This document shows, piece by piece, positions 39,226 through 53,000 of a stretch of DNA of 64,000 nucleotides. Positions within the stretch are counted from its first letter, which is position 1. Each line of letters opens with the position of its first letter. This DNA is from Adineta vaga (Eukaryota > Animalia > Rotifera), in assembly GCA_021613535.1 (NCBI GenBank), contig CP075496.1, positions 4,402,001 through 4,466,000 on the forward strand, read 5' to 3'. The translations under genes and the position numbers were made by a program. The notes beneath the pieces are model-generated. The model was given only the letters and a program-made list of their open reading frames with translations. It searched no databases and had not been told where the DNA came from.

Positions 39226-40799
39226 ATGTCATTGCCAGATTTAAAAAATTTCCAAGTATGGTTTGTAACAGGTTCTCAAACTCTGTATGGTACATCTGTA
39301 TTAACAAAAGTCGATGAACATTCAACAGAAATTGCATCTGCTTTCGATCAAGATGAACAAATACCTGTAACAATTGTTCATAAACCTGTTGTGAAATCTG
39401 CCAGTGAAATTTTCGAATTATGTCAATTGGCAAACAGTGATAAAGCATGTATTGGCTTAATTCTTTGGATGCATACATTTTCTCCAGCAAAAATGTGGAT
39501 AAATGGTTTGAAAATTCTCTACAAACCATTTGTTCATTTACATACACAATTTAATCGAGATATACCATGGCAAACAATTGATATGAATTTTATGAATTTA
39601 AATCAAAGTGCACATGGTGATCGAGAATTCGGACATATTTGTTCACGAATGCGGATCAATCGAAAAGTAATAACAGGTTATTGGGAAGAAAAACAAGTTC
39701 GAGAACAATTAAGTATATGGATACGTGCTGCATGTGCTTGGGCTGATTGGCAAGGTGCACGATTCGTACGTTTTGGTGATAATATGCGAGATGTTGCTGT
39801 TACTGAAGGTGATAAAGTTGAAGCCGAACTTAAATTTGGTTATTCAGTGAACACACATGGAATAAATGATTTACAAAATGAAATACAACAAGTAAACGAG
39901 ACAGATATCGATCGATTATGTCAAGAATATGAAAAACAGTATAACATAATGGAAGAATTAAAAAAAGATCGTAATGAATCGTTAAGAGAAGCAGCAAGAA
40001 TTGAGCTTGGTCTTCGAAGATTTCTAGAAAAAGGAAATTATAAAGGTTTTACAGATACATTCGAAGTAAATAAAATTTTGTTTCTATTTTTCTTTTTTAA
40101 TTCTAATTTTACTTTATTCTTTAGGATTTGGATGGTCTTCGACAATTACCTGGTATTGCCGTACAACGATTAATGAAAGATGGTTATGGATTCGGTGCTG
40201 AAGGTGATTGGAAAACAGCAACTATCGTTCGTGCTTTGAAAGTTATGAGCATTGGTTTACAAACAGGTGGCACTTCTTTTATGGAAGATTATACGTATCA
40301 TTTAGAAACAAATAACGAAATGGTACTTGGTGCACATATGCTTGAAGTTTGTGAAAGTATTGCTTCAACAAAACAAAAACCATCCTGTGAAATACATCCA
40401 TTAGGTATCGGTGGTAAAGAAGATCCTGTACGACTTGTCTTTGATTCGGATGCAGGTGCAGCTCTTAATGTATCACTTATTGATATGGGCAATCGATTTC
40501 GTTTATTAGTTAATGAAGTAGATGCAACTGAACCATTGGAATCTTTACCAAATTTACCTGTTGCACGTGCTCTCTGGAAACCTAAACCTGATATGAGAAC
40601 AGCATGTACAGCATGGATATTAGCTGGTGGTGCACATCATTCATGCTATAGTCGATCAATAACAACTGAATATATTCGTGATTTTGCCGATATTATCGGT
40701 CGTATGGAATGTATTGTTATAGACGACAAAACAACTATTGAAAATTTAAAAAATGAATTAAAATGGAACGATGTTTATTATCTTCTTAATCAAAAATAA
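39226..40799 (+). CDS. araA: L-arabinose isomerase, bacterial type, with one 59-nt GT-AG intron (exons 39226-40065 and 40125-40799; 504 aa)
   Basis: [115 protein letters not shown]. Removing 40066-40124 restores TFE|[10 protein letters not shown]. Confidence 0.97.
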
Positions 40800-41066
40800 A
40801 TGGAATTTCAAATGTCAAAAACATTTCTTCTTCTTCATTTTTATAATACAGACTGATTTCAATCAAATGAAAAAATAAATGAATAAAAATCTTTACTTCA
40901 CAGGGAATTAAATAAGATTTGTAAAAGAATTACAATAAGCACACAACACATAGATGTGTCAGAAAACGAAACGAAAATAGAGAGAATAAAATCACCAGTG
41001 ATAAATAGTAATAAAAAAAATATAGTATAGAATGTTCGTTTTTTTTTAAAGTGAGCAGCACTTGAG

Positions 41067-44000
41067 TTAATGTCGTGTAAAATACTAGAAAATAAGAGAA
41101 TGTATAGTAGATAAAGAGAATGTAAATCAGAAAGAAATCCTACTGAAAAAAGACCCATAGGTTGAGAATCCATTTGTGGACGTGGTAATTTTAAATTCGG
41201 ATTAATGACTTCGAGCATTTCATTATCTTGAAAAAGATCATCTAATGGATCATGAAATGTCATAGCAATATCATCATCATCAATAATTGCATCAATAGCA
41301 TGAATTGGATCATCATTATCCGAAGTTGATGTTGTTAATGAAGATGATGTTGTAGTTGCAGTTGTTGGTAAACTTGCGAGCATAGCATTTATATCAGGCC
41401 GAGTTATAGTTGCACGTAGTTTTGCACCCATATGTTGATCTAATTGTTTGAAAAATGTGCTACTATTTGTTCCATTTATATCATGATCATAATTTGTACG
41501 ATATGTTGAACGATCACTACTTAATGTTTCATCGTCTGGTGTACTTGTTGTGGTACTAACTGATGTTTGATTTTGTAAATATGTTCGAACATTTTCTGCT
41601 GTTACTGTTCGAGGTACTTGAGCACGTGGTAAATGCCAAATACGACGAATTTGTATCTCATCTCTATTTAATAGTTTCATTTTTAAACAAAATTAAATTC
41701 ATAGCAACGTTTTACTTACTTTTCATGTGGATGTCGTCGTCGACGACGCCAAGCAGCCACAGCTAATAGACAACATGTTACTGCACAAAAGAGACCAGCA
41801 AGACCAGCTATGATACCAATAACAATAGGTGTCCAATTTGATGATGATGACGATGTTGATAACGTTGGATCAGTTGAGGATTCTGGATAACAAAATTCAC
41901 TTGTACCTGATGATGATGGATCATTTGTATTCACAAAACATTGACATCGTCCTGTACCATTCGATCCTATTGAACATATACCACGTCCTGCAGAACTTCC
42001 ACATAGATCACATAGATTGAAGAGATAACATGATGTTACATTAGTTACCAATGCTAAATTTTGTGAAGAGAAATTATATTCAAAGAGAAATCTCTTAATG
42101 AAAGAATTACGTACTTGTTATATTATTACATTTCCCAACAGAATAAAGAAGTATGTTCAGATTTTCTGTAACATTTGCTAGTACTTCGAAAGCATTGTTT
42201 TGTAAAGTAACATTGTTATCCGTTTTCAAATTAATTGTTACATCAATTTTACCAGATTCATCGCAACTAAATAAAAAAATTCATATTAATTGTGTTTCAA
42301 GTAACATCGATATAGTCATACCCAAGTGAACTATTTACGATCGTTAGATTGTATGAATGTGTGAATGATAAATTAAATTGTCGTATAATCTAATAAAACG
42401 AATTAGTAGCATAGATTTAATTATACAAAAATATGAAAAATCTATCATTTACTTCATCTAAAATCAAGGATTGATTTTCACAGCTAATCGTGATACGAAA
42501 ATTAGCTTCTCCAGAAAGACCTAAATAAATATGACTTAAATTAAATAATGATCAATTTGAAAGATAAAACCTTTGTCTGGTTCGGGTCGAGGAGTACATA
42601 CTCCTCCACTATAATAATGTGAAGCAGATGAACAAACACAATCATATTTGCCTGTTGTAATAAGCACAAGTTGTAATGGACTATCACAATAACAAGTTGC
42701 TGATGGGCCTGTACTATTTGTATTATTAGTACATTTTCCTCCCCCACAATCGATACGATTAGCAGCACATTGATTATAGATTTTACATGTTTGATTCGTT
42801 TTTAATGCCGCAAAAATTTGATTATAATCTCCTGCAAAATAAACATAGATTTTTAAAAAAAATCAGAATTCAAATTGATCGAAATTATAATCATACCATC
42901 AGGTGCATAACCATAATTACAACGACATTCGTAGAATGGTGTAAGATTAACACAATATGAATTTGAATATGACGCACATGTACTCGAATTTGAAGTACAT
43001 TCATCTTCATCAACGCAAGCATCGGTATTCTATTGAATTGACATTGAATTTTGTTATTTATTTGAATATATGAACAATTAATGTAAACTTACTGAGCTAG
43101 TGCTTTTGATATAACCACTTGTACAATCACATCGATAGGATCCAATAAGATTTACACACAGAGTCGTAGTTCCAGGACAAATATTTTCTTTTGCCGATGC
43201 CAGACTACATTCATCGATATCTAATTTATAAACATATTCAGCTATATTTCATTAATTTTTCATAAAATTTTACCTTGACAAACATCACTATTTACTACTC
43301 TTTGATATCCATTTTGACAGAGACAACTATAACCCATACGTGTAGACGATACATCGGTATTTGTTGGTGCTAATTTACAGATTTGATTCGTTCTATTAGT
43401 ATTACAAGTATCATTGACTAAACGAAAGCAAATGTACTATGCATTCGATGTTGAAAAGTATTCAAACTATACCTGGATTACAATAGTTTATATGTTGATC
43501 ACATCGATATCCTGTATAACCATTTGAACATGTACATTTATTTGCTATACTTGTTGCATTTATATTACATTCACCGAATTCACAATCACATACTAATGAA
43601 CAATTGGGACCAGCTAATCCGTTTTCACAAACTAAAATCAATTGGTTTTATATAAAACATTTTTTATTCTATTGAAAAATATTTACCAGCACAATTTAGC
43701 GCATGATCAAGTGCTGTGCCTGTAGGGCATGAACAAATATAACCTTTTTCATCACCGGTACAATTACCATATTGACAATATTTTGAACAAAAAGTACCTA
43801 GAAAATTATTCAGTATATATCGATATTTGTACACATTGAAAAACATACTTTGACATGTATTTGTACTTATATTATAAGTCTGTGTTCGATACTGGCAGAA
43901 AAGTTGCGTTGGTGCTGATGTATTATAGCATATATTCGTTATATTATCACATATAACATTTAATGAAGCTATTGATTAAAAACAAAAGAATATTTTCTTT

Positions 44001-47000
44001 CAAAATTTAAATTCAACCATTGATCATAACTCACTACTTGTACAAACACCGGATGAATTAGTAAAACCATTTCGACATTGACATATACATTGATCTCCTG
44101 AATCAATAGCTTCTTCGAATTGTCCAGTACATGGTACAAGACCAGTAGGATTATTTGAAACATCATCACAAACTTTCTTTTCTACAAACAGTGTGAAAAA
44201 ATAAATTTAGTCTTTCTACAAATCAAATCAAATTCTAAGATACATACGAACACATGTTGTTCCATCAAAAATCGTCGCTCCAGTACATAAACAAATATAT
44301 CCATTTGATTTCAATTCAGAATTTTGACAAGTATTATTTACACCACATATAGTTTCATTACAGACTGGTCGAACTATATTTCAAATGAAAGAAAAGCAAA
44401 GACATTACTTTCTTTTCTAAGCAGTTTTCTTGGCTTACATAAACATTGTTGTACATTTTGCTGAAATTCATAACCTTGTCGACAACATTCTGACGCATTG
44501 GAGCATGGGAGATTTGTAACATTGTTGATGCATTGAAATGGAGCTTGTCCAGAATTCGTTGTAATAAGCGATAGATTTGCAATACACGAAACATTCGAAA
44601 GGAAATTTAAACGACAAGCAGTCATATCACTACAACTAACTGATCGGTCACAATATTCGCCTAGGAGAAAAACAAATAATAAAGAACGATAAAATTCATT
44701 TTTACTAACCTGTAGAAGTTTCATCACAAACACAAAATAAAACTCTAACTGCAGACGATACGATAGTTGGATTATTTCGAACTGGTTCGCCATTCATACA
44801 TTCATTCACAATTAATTGAATTTTTTGGTAAGTTGCTACGTTTGTATCAAGATCAGTAGCAAGAATTCTAGATCGATACAATTGCTAGTGCAAAATAACG
44901 AATATGTAAATTTTAATACGTACGTTAATTGAAGAAGATTTTTTGTTGCATTCGTATATGAAAAAGGACAAGAGTACCATGTACCATTGTTGATACAATC
45001 TATCGGATCACTTGTATTTCTATCACGTGCTTGGACTAGAATTGATGATGTAGAATCTACGATAACATTGATATAACTAATTGTTTGATTTTGAAATGTA
45101 TTATTATGTGGTATTGTTAATAGATATGTATATGGTTCATCAATTGATATTGGTTGTACTAAAATTATTTTTGGAGGATTAGTACCTACAAATAAATTGA
45201 ATCAAAATTGTTGTTTAACAAATAGTTTTCTATTTACTAAGAACATTATTAGCTAATGTATAATCTGATGAACTTTTCACAGTTAGTTGTCCTAAAATTG
45301 ATGATTGAGAAAGAAGTGTATCTTGTACACAAAAACTATATGTTGAGGATGATGTATCCAATGAACATGATACATTATTTATATAATTTCGATAGGTAGT
45401 AGATGCAGCTGTATTAAACCATGTCATAAGATTAATTCGATTTAATGGTAAGAGTTCCGTATCATTGCGTACCAATGAATCTAAAAGAAATCTCTATGTA
45501 ATTCAACAAACAATTTGAAATAATATTTACGATTGAGACAGTATTGATCTTCATTGCTTATTTGGTCACCAAAAGCCAGACCTTCAACATTATCTGTATA
45601 TTTTCTCGGTAATAATAATGTACATGCCATATTATTTGTTATAAGATAACATTGTATTCCCAGACCTTATAGAAATACGTAAGACGATGATTATACAAAA
45701 AGAAACTTACCGGACCAAGTTGAAATCGTTAGTTTAGGTACTTGAATTTGTACGGATACATTTTGTCCAGTTGAACTATAAGTACTCCAACTTGTAGACG
45801 ATATTGACTGATTTTCTTTGAAAATTGCAAAGGCATTTGATGTTAAAGCACTGACAGATGTAGGATAGTAAAAATATTCAACGAAATCATTTGACATATT
45901 AAACGGATTTCTTGCTGTTCTATCATTTTCAGTTCTATAACTAACTTCTACAATACAAAAAGATATATTGCAATAAATTTAGTAATCAAACATAAGGAGA
46001 TTATTTACTAAATTGATAATCAGCTGTTGAATCAATATTCACATCGATCATCACTGAATTATTTGATCCAAGATACATTGAAAATGATGAAAAATATGAT
46101 ATTGTTTGATTAAAAAATTCATTCACTCGTAACAATGATGTCGTTTTACTTGTTCGAGCAACAATTGAAAATAATTCATTACTAACTAAATCTTTCAAAA
46201 TCGACGAATTTGGATCTGTGACATTATTTGCTGTGTCATTTGCTGTTCGTGTTGTTTGTGCATAGATGAATGATCCATATACATTACAACTATAATTGCC
46301 ATTAGTAGATGTTTGGATATGTGGATCACCACCAAACCAAGCTAGTAGAAGAGATTCAATTTAAAGTTTATTTCCTTAAAAATACTTGTATATTTACTTT
46401 GTTCAGGTGGTTCATATCCATCACAAATACTTGCTGGTCGAATTTCATAATATAAATTACACCATTGTGACCAATCGATAGCTCCATTTCTTGCAACACA
46501 ACAATCATCACTAAAAATCAAATAGATGTGATAGAATTATCTTTCGAAAAATTCATTTTTACCGTTCTTTTATACGTTGTGGTTGATTAATCATACGTCG
46601 TAATGATAATAATGCAGTTTCATCAAGAATAGATCCAGCAAATTCGCCAGATGTAATCAGAGATCCTTCCGAAGTATGATAACAACATGTCTAAATAGAA
46701 TTTTGTGATAAATAAGTCGAAATATATTCTCTATTAAAGATAGTTACTTGTTGATAAGATGTTGCATCAGATGATCGTGGTATAAAAACATTCAAAGGAG
46801 CAAAACAAGCAATTTTATTACTTCTTTCTAGGCGATTTTCGCTATTCATTTTATAGAATCGAAAATCAGATGCGGCTTGAGAATATGAACAAGGACATGG
46901 ATTTCGTTTTACGGTTCTAATTACAAAAAGAGAAAAACGTATTTTCTAATAAAAATATTCCAGTCATACGTAAGATTAACGGCTCGTTTGAATACAATAT

Positions 47001-50000
47001 TTGTATATGCTTTCCAATACCATTGTTCACATGTACTTAATAATTTTGAACTGAGAAAATATGTTCGACTCTCATTACCACCTAAAACAAGAATTTTTAT
47101 TTAGTTTCTCAAAGAAAATTTACATGATATACCATTGATAAAATCTAAAATTTGACTTGTGAATGAAACACTTGACTTATGTAATGTATCATTTTCACTA
47201 CGATATCCTATATAAAGAAAAGAAGTCACCAATGAAATTGAAAAAGATTAAATAATCGAAAAAACATACCGATAATAACCGGTTGATAATTAGGACTATT
47301 CAGAGTTCTATTGATAATATATTCGAAACGAAGATATGAATTCCATAGAGTGAAATTACTCGTCGGTCCATTCATCAGGTAAGCATTAAAAACAATATTC
47401 TACAACAAGATAAATTATATAATGTAGAAGAAAAACATGCATGGTCAGATTTTTTATACTTGAAAGCTTGTAGCTGCGTTTCTATCATTGTTATCAATAT
47501 TGGTAATAAGTTTATCCCATTCGATCTTTACAACACGATAAACCACAACTTCATCGGAAATTTCGGTTTGATTTTGTCGAATTACTGTGTTTTGAACTTT
47601 TCTTGATAAAGTAGAGTCAGGTTCTAATCCATTATAAATGACAGACTAAATTAAAATTTCATTGTTATATGTAATAGACATTACGGCCTCAAGAAATAGT
47701 ATTACATACTTTAATAGTTGTTGTTTCGTTTAAATATACCAGATTAGTCCAAAATGGTGCGATATAGGGAATGTCCGGTAAATTATTTTGTGTTGGTTCA
47801 ATAGCATAAAATGGTCTATCAAGTGTAATGTATCCTTTATCAGTTACCTAGAATATAGGCAATTACGCAAAAAATAAGAAACCACATTAAATCATTTCTT
47901 ACCCAAAGGACTTTGTAACTGAGTGTATCATCAGTATATTGGTACGGGAATGGCAATGGTACGGGAGTGACACGCATTAGAAGATTTGTAGCACTGACAT
48001 TTTGGTTTAGAACCGTTTCAGTAACTTAAATACCAATCAAAACATATCGTATATGCGTCCGATCGACTATGATCTGATGAAATACACTTACCAGGACACG
48101 TTGGAACGCAACTGCTGTTACGTCTACTGACTGCTGCACGGCTACCATTATTACATGTACATGTCGTTTCTATTGTCTGTATACCACTTGTACTGGAATT
48201 ACAAGGCAATGACGAGTTTTGGATTAAATTGCAATCAGTAACAGTCTGATCTATGCAAGTGCACACTAAATAGAATACATAAGTCACATAAAATGTATAT
48301 CTGTGAAATGTAGATGTTCTATTAGCCCAAAGAGTCACACATTTCAAACTATACGAACAAGCAAAAAAGCATCTTACCAACGGTCATTGCAGTGGTGACA
48401 GCAGTTGTTGCCGTACTCGTCATTGATGTTGTCAATGTACTTTGCGTTGTTACCATCGTCGTTACACTCGAAGTCGACACACTCAACGTAGTGGTTAAAA
48501 CACCAGTCGTTGGACTATTCGTTGTCGTACTTCCATCAGTCAAACTGCCAGTACTCGACACAGAGTTAGAAGTAGGACTCGTATCAGTAACAGTCGAACT
48601 CGTAGTTCCAGTCAAACCATCAGTACCTGCAATCACCGTACTGCTTGATTCTGTTCCGATTATCATTGTCGTCGTGATTGTAGAACTTCCTGTACCAGAT
48701 GTTGCACTCGAGTTACTTCCAGTTCCACCTGTCGTCGTTGTTGTACTCGAACTACCAGTGCCTGTTGATTCTGTACCAGCTGAAGCGGTCGTGGTCGTTG
48801 TGGAACTTCCTGTACCTGAGGTTGCACTAGATTCGGTTCCAGTTACAGATGCCGTGGTTGTTGTTGAAGCACCAGTACCTGTCGATTCTGTACCAGTCGA
48901 GACGGGTGTGGTAGTTGTAGAACTTCCCGTACCTGATGTTGCACTAGATTCGGTTGCACTTACAGGTGCCGTGGTTGTTGTAGAAGAACCGGTGCCTGTC
49001 GATTCTGTACCAGTTGAAGCGGCTGTGGTGGTTGTGGAACTTCCTGTACCTGATGTTGCACTGGATTCTGTTCCAGTTACACCCGTTGTGGTTGTTGTAG
49101 AAGAACCGGTGCCTGTCGATTCTGTACCAGTTGAAGCGGCTGTGGTGGTTGTGGAACTTTCTGTACCTGATGTCGCACTAGATTCTGTTCCAGTTACAGA
49201 TGCCGTGGTTCTTGTAGAAGAACCGGTGCCTGTTGATTCAGTACCAGTTGAAGCAGCCGTGGTCGTTGTAGAACTTCCTGTACCTGATGTTGCAGTGGAT
49301 TCTGTTCCACTTACAGCTATCGTGGTTGTTGTAGAAGCACCAGTGCCTGTTGATTCTGTACCAGTTGAAGCAGCCGTGGTCGTTGTGGAACTTCCTGTAC
49401 CTGATGTTGCACTGGATTCTGTTCCAGTTACACCCGTTGTGGTTGTTGTAGAAGAACCGGTGCCTGTCGATTCTGTACCAGTTGAAGCGGCTGTGGTGGT
49501 TGTGGAACTTTCTGTACCTGATGTTGCACTAGATTCTGGTCCAGTTACACCCGTTGTGGTTGTTGTAGAAGAACCGGTGCCTGTTGATTCGGTACCAGTT
49601 GAAGTGGTTGTGGTAGTTGTTGAAATTCCGGCACCTGAGGTTGCACTAGGTTCGGTTCCAGTTACACCCGTTGTGGTTATTGTAGAAGAACCGGTGCCTG
49701 TTGATTCTGTTCCACTTACAGCTGGCGTGGTTGTTGTAGAAGCACCATTGCCTGTCGATTCTGTACCAGTTGAAGCGGGTGTGGTCGTTGTGGAACTTCC
49801 TGTACCTGAGGTTGCACTAGATTCCGTTCCACTTACAGGTGCCGTGGTTGTTGTAGAAGAACCGGTGCCTGTTGATTCTGTACCAGTTGAAGCGGGTGTG
49901 GTAGTTGTAGAACTGCCTGTACCTGAGGTTGCACTAGATTCGGTTCCACTTACAGGTGCCGTGGTTGTTGTAGAAGAACCGGTGCCTGTTGATTCTGTAG

Positions 50001-53000
50001 CAGTTGAGGCGGCTGTTGTCGTTGTGGAACTTCCTGTACCTGAGGTTGCACTAGATTCCGTTCCACTTACAGGTGCCGTGGTTGTTGTTGAAGAACCGGT
50101 GCCTGTTGATTCTGTAGCAGTTGAAGCGGCTGTTGTCGGTGTGGAACTGCCTGTACCTGAGGTTGCACTAGATTCTGTTCCAGTTACAGGTACCGTGGTT
50201 GTTGTAGAAGAACCGGTGCCTGTCGATTCTGTACCAGTTGAAGCGGGTGTGGTAGTTGTAGAACTGCCTGTACCTGAGGTTGCACTAGATTCTGTTCCAG
50301 TTACAGGTACCGTGGTTGTTGTAGAAGAACCGGTGCCTGTTGATTCTGTACCAGTTGAAGCGGGTGTGGTAGTTGTAGAACTGCCTGTACCTGAGGTTGC
50401 ACTAGATTCGGTTCCACTTACAGGTGCCGTGGTTGTTGTAGAAGAACCGGTGCCTGTTGATTCTGTAGCAGTTGAGGCGGCTGTTGTCGGTGTGGAACTT
50501 CCTGCACCTGAGGTTGCACTAGATTCTGTTCCAGTTACAGGTACCGTGGTTGTTGTAGAAGAACCGGTGCCTGTCGATTCTGTAGCAGTTGAAGCGGCTG
50601 TTGTCGGTGTGGAACTGCCTGTACCTGAGGTTGCACTAGATTCTGTTCCAGTTACAGGTACCGTGGTTGTTGTAGAAGAACCGGTGCCTGTTGATTCTGT
50701 ACCAGTTGAAGCGGGTGTGGTAGTTGTAGAACTGCCTGTACCTGAGGTTGCACTAGATTCGGTTCCACTTACAGGTGCCGTGGTTGTTGTAGAAGAACCG
50801 GTGCCTGTTGATTCTGTAGCAGTTGAGGCGGCTGTTGTCGGTGTGGAACTTCCTGCACCTGAGGTTGCACTAGATTCTGTTCCAGTTACAGGCGCCGTGG
50901 TTGTTGTAGAAGAACCGGTGCCTGTCGATTCTGTACCAGTTGAAGCGGCTGTGGTGGTTGTGGAACTTTCTGTACCTGATGTTGCACTAGATTCTGGTCC
51001 AGTTACACCCGTTGTGGTTGTTGTAGAAGAACCGGTGCCTGTTGATTCGGTACCAGTTGAAGTGGTTGTGGTAGTTGTTGAAATTCCGGCACCTGATGTT
51101 GCACTAGATTCTGTTCCAGTTACAGATGCCGTGGTTGTTGTTGAAGCACCAGTGCCTGTTGATTCTGTACCAGTTGAAGTGGTTGTGGTAGTTGTTGAAA
51201 TTCCGGCACCTGAGGTTGCACTAGGTTCGGTTCCAGTTACACCCGTTGTGGTTATTGTAGAAGAACCGGTGCCTGTTGATTCTGTTCCACTTACAGCTGG
51301 CGTGGTTGTTGTAGAAGCACCATTGCCTGTCGATTCTGTACCAGTTGAAGCGGGTGTGGTCGTTGTGGAACTTCCTGTACCTGAGGTTGCACTAGATTCC
51401 GTTCCACTTACAGGTGCCGTGGTTGTTGTTGAAGAACCGGTGCCTGTTGATTCTGTAGCAGTTGAAGCGGGTGTGGTAGTTGTAGAACTGCCTGTACCTG
51501 AGGTTGCACTAGATTCTGTTCCAGTTACACCCGTTGTGGTTGTTGTAGAAGAACCGGTGCCTGTTGATTCTGTACCAGTTGAAGCGGGTGTGGTCGTTGT
51601 GGAACTTCCTGTACCTGAGGTTGCACTAGATTCTGTCCCAGTTACACCCGTTGTGGTTGTTGTAGAAGAACCGGTGCCTGTCGATTCTGTACCAGTTGAA
51701 GCGGGTGTGGTAGTTGTGGAACTTCCTGTACCTGAGGTTGCACTAGATTCTGTCCCAGTTACACCCGTTGTGGTTGTTGTAGAAGAACCGGTGCCTGTTG
51801 ATTCTGTAGCAGTTGAAGCGGGTGTGGTAGTTGTGGAACTTCCTGTACCTGAGGTTGCACTAGATTCTGTTCCACTTACAGGAGCCGTGGTTGTTGTTGA
51901 AGAACCGGTGCCTGTTGATTCTGTAGCAGTTGAAGCGGCTGTTGTCGGTGTGGAACTGCCTGTACCTGAGGTTGCACTAGATTCTGTTCCAGTTACAGGT
52001 ACCGTGGTTGTTCTAGAAGAACCGGTGCCTGTCGATTCTGTACCAGTTGAAGCCGGTGTGGTAGTTGTAGAACTGCCTGTACCTGAGGTTGCACTAGATT
52101 CTGTTCCAGTTACAGGTACCGTGGTTGTTGTAGAAGAACCGGTGCCTGTTGATTCTGTACCAGTTGAAGCGGGTGTGGTAGTTGTAGAACTGCCTGTACC
52201 TGAGGTTGCACTAGATTCGGTTCCACTTACAGGTGCCGTGGTTGTTGTAGAAGAACCGGTGCCTGTTGATTCTGTAGCAGTTGAGGCGGCTGTTGTCGGT
52301 GTGGAACTTCCTGCACCTGAGGTTGCACTAGATTCTGTTCCAGTTACAGGTACCGTGGTTGTTGTAGAAGAACCGGTGCCTGTCGATTCTGTAGCAGTTG
52401 AAGCGGCTGTTGTCGGTGTGGAACTGCCTGTACCTGAGGTTGCACTAGATTCTGTTCCAGTTACAGGTACCGTGGTTGTTGTAGAAGAACCGGTGCCTGT
52501 TGATTCTGTACCAGTTGAAGCGGGTGTGGTAGTTGTAGAACTGCCTGTACCTGAGGTTGCACTAGATTCGGTTCCACTTACAGGTGCCGTGGTTGTTGTA
52601 GAAGAACCGGTGCCTGTTGATTCTGTAGCAGTTGAGGCGGCTGTTGTCGGTGTGGAACTTCCTGCACCTGAGGTTGCACTAGATTCTGTTCCAGTTACAG
52701 GTACCGTGGTTGTTGTAGAAGAACCGGTGCCTGTCGATTCTGTACCAGTTGAAGCGGGTGTGGTCGTTGTGGAAGTTCCTGTACCTGAGGTTGCACTAGA
52801 TTCTGTTCCAGTTACAGGTGCCGTGGTTGTTGTAGAAGAACCGGTGCCTGTTGATTCTGTAGCAGTTGAGGCGGCTGTTGTCGGTGTGGAACTTCCTGTA
52901 CCGGATGTTGCACTAGATTCTGTTCCAGTTACAGGTGCCGTGGTTGTTGTGGAAGAACCAGTCGCTGTTGATTCTGTACCAGTCGAAGCGGCCGTGGTAG

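Noticed and set aside
39226-40799. araA as bacterial contamination or a frameshifted pseudogene
   Set aside because: The two ORFs are joined exactly by a canonical 59-nt GT-AG intron, composition matches the host, and there are no operon neighbours.
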